Made by a program: the position numbers and the translations under genes | Shown: piece by piece, positions 30,160-32,000 of the stretch | Layout of the letters: every line of letters begins with the position of its first letter | How positions within the stretch are numbered: position 1 is the first letter of the stretch | Assembly: GCF_000014785.1 (NCBI RefSeq) | Contig: NC_008340.1 | Location: forward strand, 2,340,001 to 2,372,000 | Source of the DNA: Alkalilimnicola ehrlichii MLHE-1 | GTDB taxonomy: Bacteria; Pseudomonadota; Gammaproteobacteria; Nitrococcales; Halorhodospiraceae | DNA: 32,000 bases | Direction of reading: 5' to 3' | Notes under the pieces: model-generated | Told to the model about the DNA's origin: nothing | The model's input: only the letters and a program-made list of their open reading frames with translations | The model's database searches: none

Positions 30160-30425
30160 ATCCGGCGGCCCCACCGGTGGCCCTATATATAATAAGTGTC
30201 GCGCTCTGTTTTAAGGCGTTTTTGCCCAACAGTTCAAACAGTTAGCGCAGACAGAAGCGCTTGCCTTTAACGGCCCCCTCCGTTATCTTGCGAGGCCGTT
30301 GCCGGCACGCCTCTTTTGTGCCGACGGGACAACTCGAACAAATCATTGCCCACCTCGCCCTACAGGCGGGGCCCGGCCGGGAAGAGGGCCGGAACGGTGG
30401 GCCTGCGACGGGGTAACCATCCGCC

Positions 30426-32000
30426 ATGCTGCTAGCCGTACTCTCGGGGTTTCTGGTGGCCATCGCCGCGCCCTGGCTGTATCAATCGCTGCAGGACCGT
30501 GCCGGTTGGGTGCTGGCCTTGCTGCCGGCCGCGTTGACCGTGTATTTCGCCACCTTCCTGCCGCAGGTGATGGCCGGGGAGGCCGTGGTCATTCACTACG
30601 ATTGGGTGCCGGGGCTGGAGATCAACCTCTCCTTCCTGGTGGACGGGCTGTCGTTGCTGTTCGCCCTGCTGATCAGCCTGATCGGCACCTTCATCGTGCT
30701 CTACGCCAGCGCCTACCTGAAGGGCGACGAATACCTGCCGCGCTTCTATGTGCTGATCCTCGCCTTCATGGCCGCCATGCTGGGGCTGGTGCTCTCGGAC
30801 AACCTGATCACCCTGTTCGTGTTCTGGGAGCTGACCAGCATTACCTCCTACATGCTGATCGGCCATAACCACGAGGACAAGGAGGCCCGCAAGTGCGCCC
30901 TGCAGGGTCTGCTCGTCACCGTGGGCGGTGGGCTGGCACTGCTGGCCGGGCTGATCCTGATGGCCGGGGTGGCGGGCAGCTTCTCGCTGCACGAGATCCT
31001 CAACAGCGGTGACGTGCTCCGCGACAGCCACCTCTATCTGCCGATCCTCATCCTGGTGCTGGCGGGCTGCTTTACCAAGTCGGCCCAGGTGCCCTTCCAC
31101 TTCTGGCTGCCCAACGCCATGGCCGCGCCCACTCCGGTGTCGGCCTACCTGCACTCGGCCACCATGGTGAAGGCGGGCGTCTACCTGATGGCCCGCCTCA
31201 ACCCGAGTCTCGGCGGCACCGAGCTGTGGATGACCATCCTGCCCATCGTCGGTGCGCTGACCATGTTCACCGGCGCCTATCTGGCGGTGCGTTCCACCGG
31301 CATCAAGCGGGTGCTGGCCTATTCCACGGTCATGGCCTTGGGCACGCTGACCATGCTGGTGGGCATCGGCACCGAGACGGCCATGATCGCCTTCGCCTGC
31401 TTCCTGATGGCGCACAGCTTGTACAAGGGCGCGCTCTTCATGGTCGCCGGCGCCGTGGACCACGAGGCCGGCACCAAGGACGTGACCAAGCTGGGCGGGC
31501 TGCGGCGAAAGATGCCAGTCACCGCCACCTTTGCGGCCATCGCCGCCCTGTCGCTGGCGGGCATCCCACCGCTGTTCGGTTTCGTCGCCAAGGAGCTGAT
31601 GTTTGAATCGGTGCTGGAGGCCGGCGGCCTGGCCTTGTTCCTGTCGGTGCTGGCCATCGCCTCGGCGGTGCTGGTGATCGCGGTGGCCGCCATCGTCGCC
31701 ATCCGGCCGTTCTGGGGGCGGCTCAAGGAGACGCCAAAGAAGCCACACGAGGCGCCGCTGCCCATGCTGCTCGGCCCCATCGTGCTGGCATCGCTCTCGC
31801 TCTTTTTCGGGGTGCTGGTCTTCATCCCCGATACCCTGCTGGTCCAGGCGACGGTGCTGGCCGTGTACGGCGAGCCGGTGGAGTTCTACCTGTCCCTCTG
31901 GCACGGGATCAATGCCCCATTGTTGATGAGCCTGGCCAGCCTGCTCCTCGGTGCCCTGTTGTTCCTTAATTGGGACCGGGTGCGCGGGGCCATGGGCAAA
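30426..32000 (+). CDS. mrpA: Mrp/Mnh Na+/H+ antiporter subunit A, truncated at window end
   Basis: 525 open codons to the window edge. NHLSF-type features: [47 protein letters not shown], and [13 protein letters not shown]. Absent from the ORF track because it has no stop. Confidence 0.9.
   Translation, partial: MLLAVLSGFLVAIAAPWLYQSLQDRAGWVLALLPAALTVYFATFLPQVMAGEAVVIHYDWVPGLEINLSFLVDGLSLLFALLISLIGTFIVLYASAYLKGDEYLPRFYVLILAFMAAMLGLVLSDNLITLFVFWELTSITSYMLIGHNHEDKEARKCALQGLLVTVGGGLALLAGLILMAGVAGSFSLHEILNSGDVLRDSHLYLPILILVLAGCFTKSAQVPFHFWLPNAMAAPTPVSAYLHSATMVKAGVYLMARLNPSLGGTELWMTILPIVGALTMFTGAYLAVRSTGIKRVLAYSTVMALGTLTMLVGIGTETAMIAFACFLMAHSLYKGALFMVAGAVDHEAGTKDVTKLGGLRRKMPVTATFAAIAALSLAGIPPLFGFVAKELMFESVLEAGGLALFLSVLAIASAVLVIAVAAIVAIRPFWGRLKETPKKPHEAPLPMLLGPIVLASLSLFFGVLVFIPDTLLVQATVLAVYGEPVEFYLSLWHGINAPLLMSLASLLLGALLFLNWDRVRGAMGK

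Overview
This window is a GC-rich, densely coded stretch of gammaproteobacterial core chromosome. The content and order (pilBCD-coaE-zapD, secA-argJ-Nudix/ThiE) suggest an Ectothiorhodospiraceae-like organism, which is an inference. Supported genes, in order: orphan membrane-anchored TAXI-type protein, trmO, GGDEF/EAL protein, thiE, a small rubredoxin missing from the ORF track, UMF1-type MFS transporter, rhlB-like DEAD-box helicase, AcpH-like phosphodiesterase, TAXI solute-binding protein with fused TRAP permease, CBS protein, MotA-like and MotB/OmpA-like proteins, diguanylate cyclase, rhomboid protease, pilB, pilC, pilD, coaE, zapD, Nudix-ThiE fusion, argJ, secA, DUF721/DciA, DUF1631 protein, class I fructose-bisphosphate aldolase, and a truncated mrpA/mnhA-like subunit. 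I found no CRISPR array, tRNA, rRNA, phage or defence system. The most unusual sequence is the divergent intergenic region at about 6587-6981 between the MFS gene and rhlB. It holds a REP-like inverted element, a second element with 34-bp perfect inverted repeats, a nested 12-bp hairpin and a flanking 21-bp direct repeat, and then a telomere-like hexanucleotide array (AACCCC x6 then AGCCCT x4) about 65 bp upstream of the rhlB start. Secondary leads are a hairpin between the TRAP solute-binding and permease genes, and a CBS/stator-pair/GGDEF/rhomboid cluster with no flagellar genes nearby.
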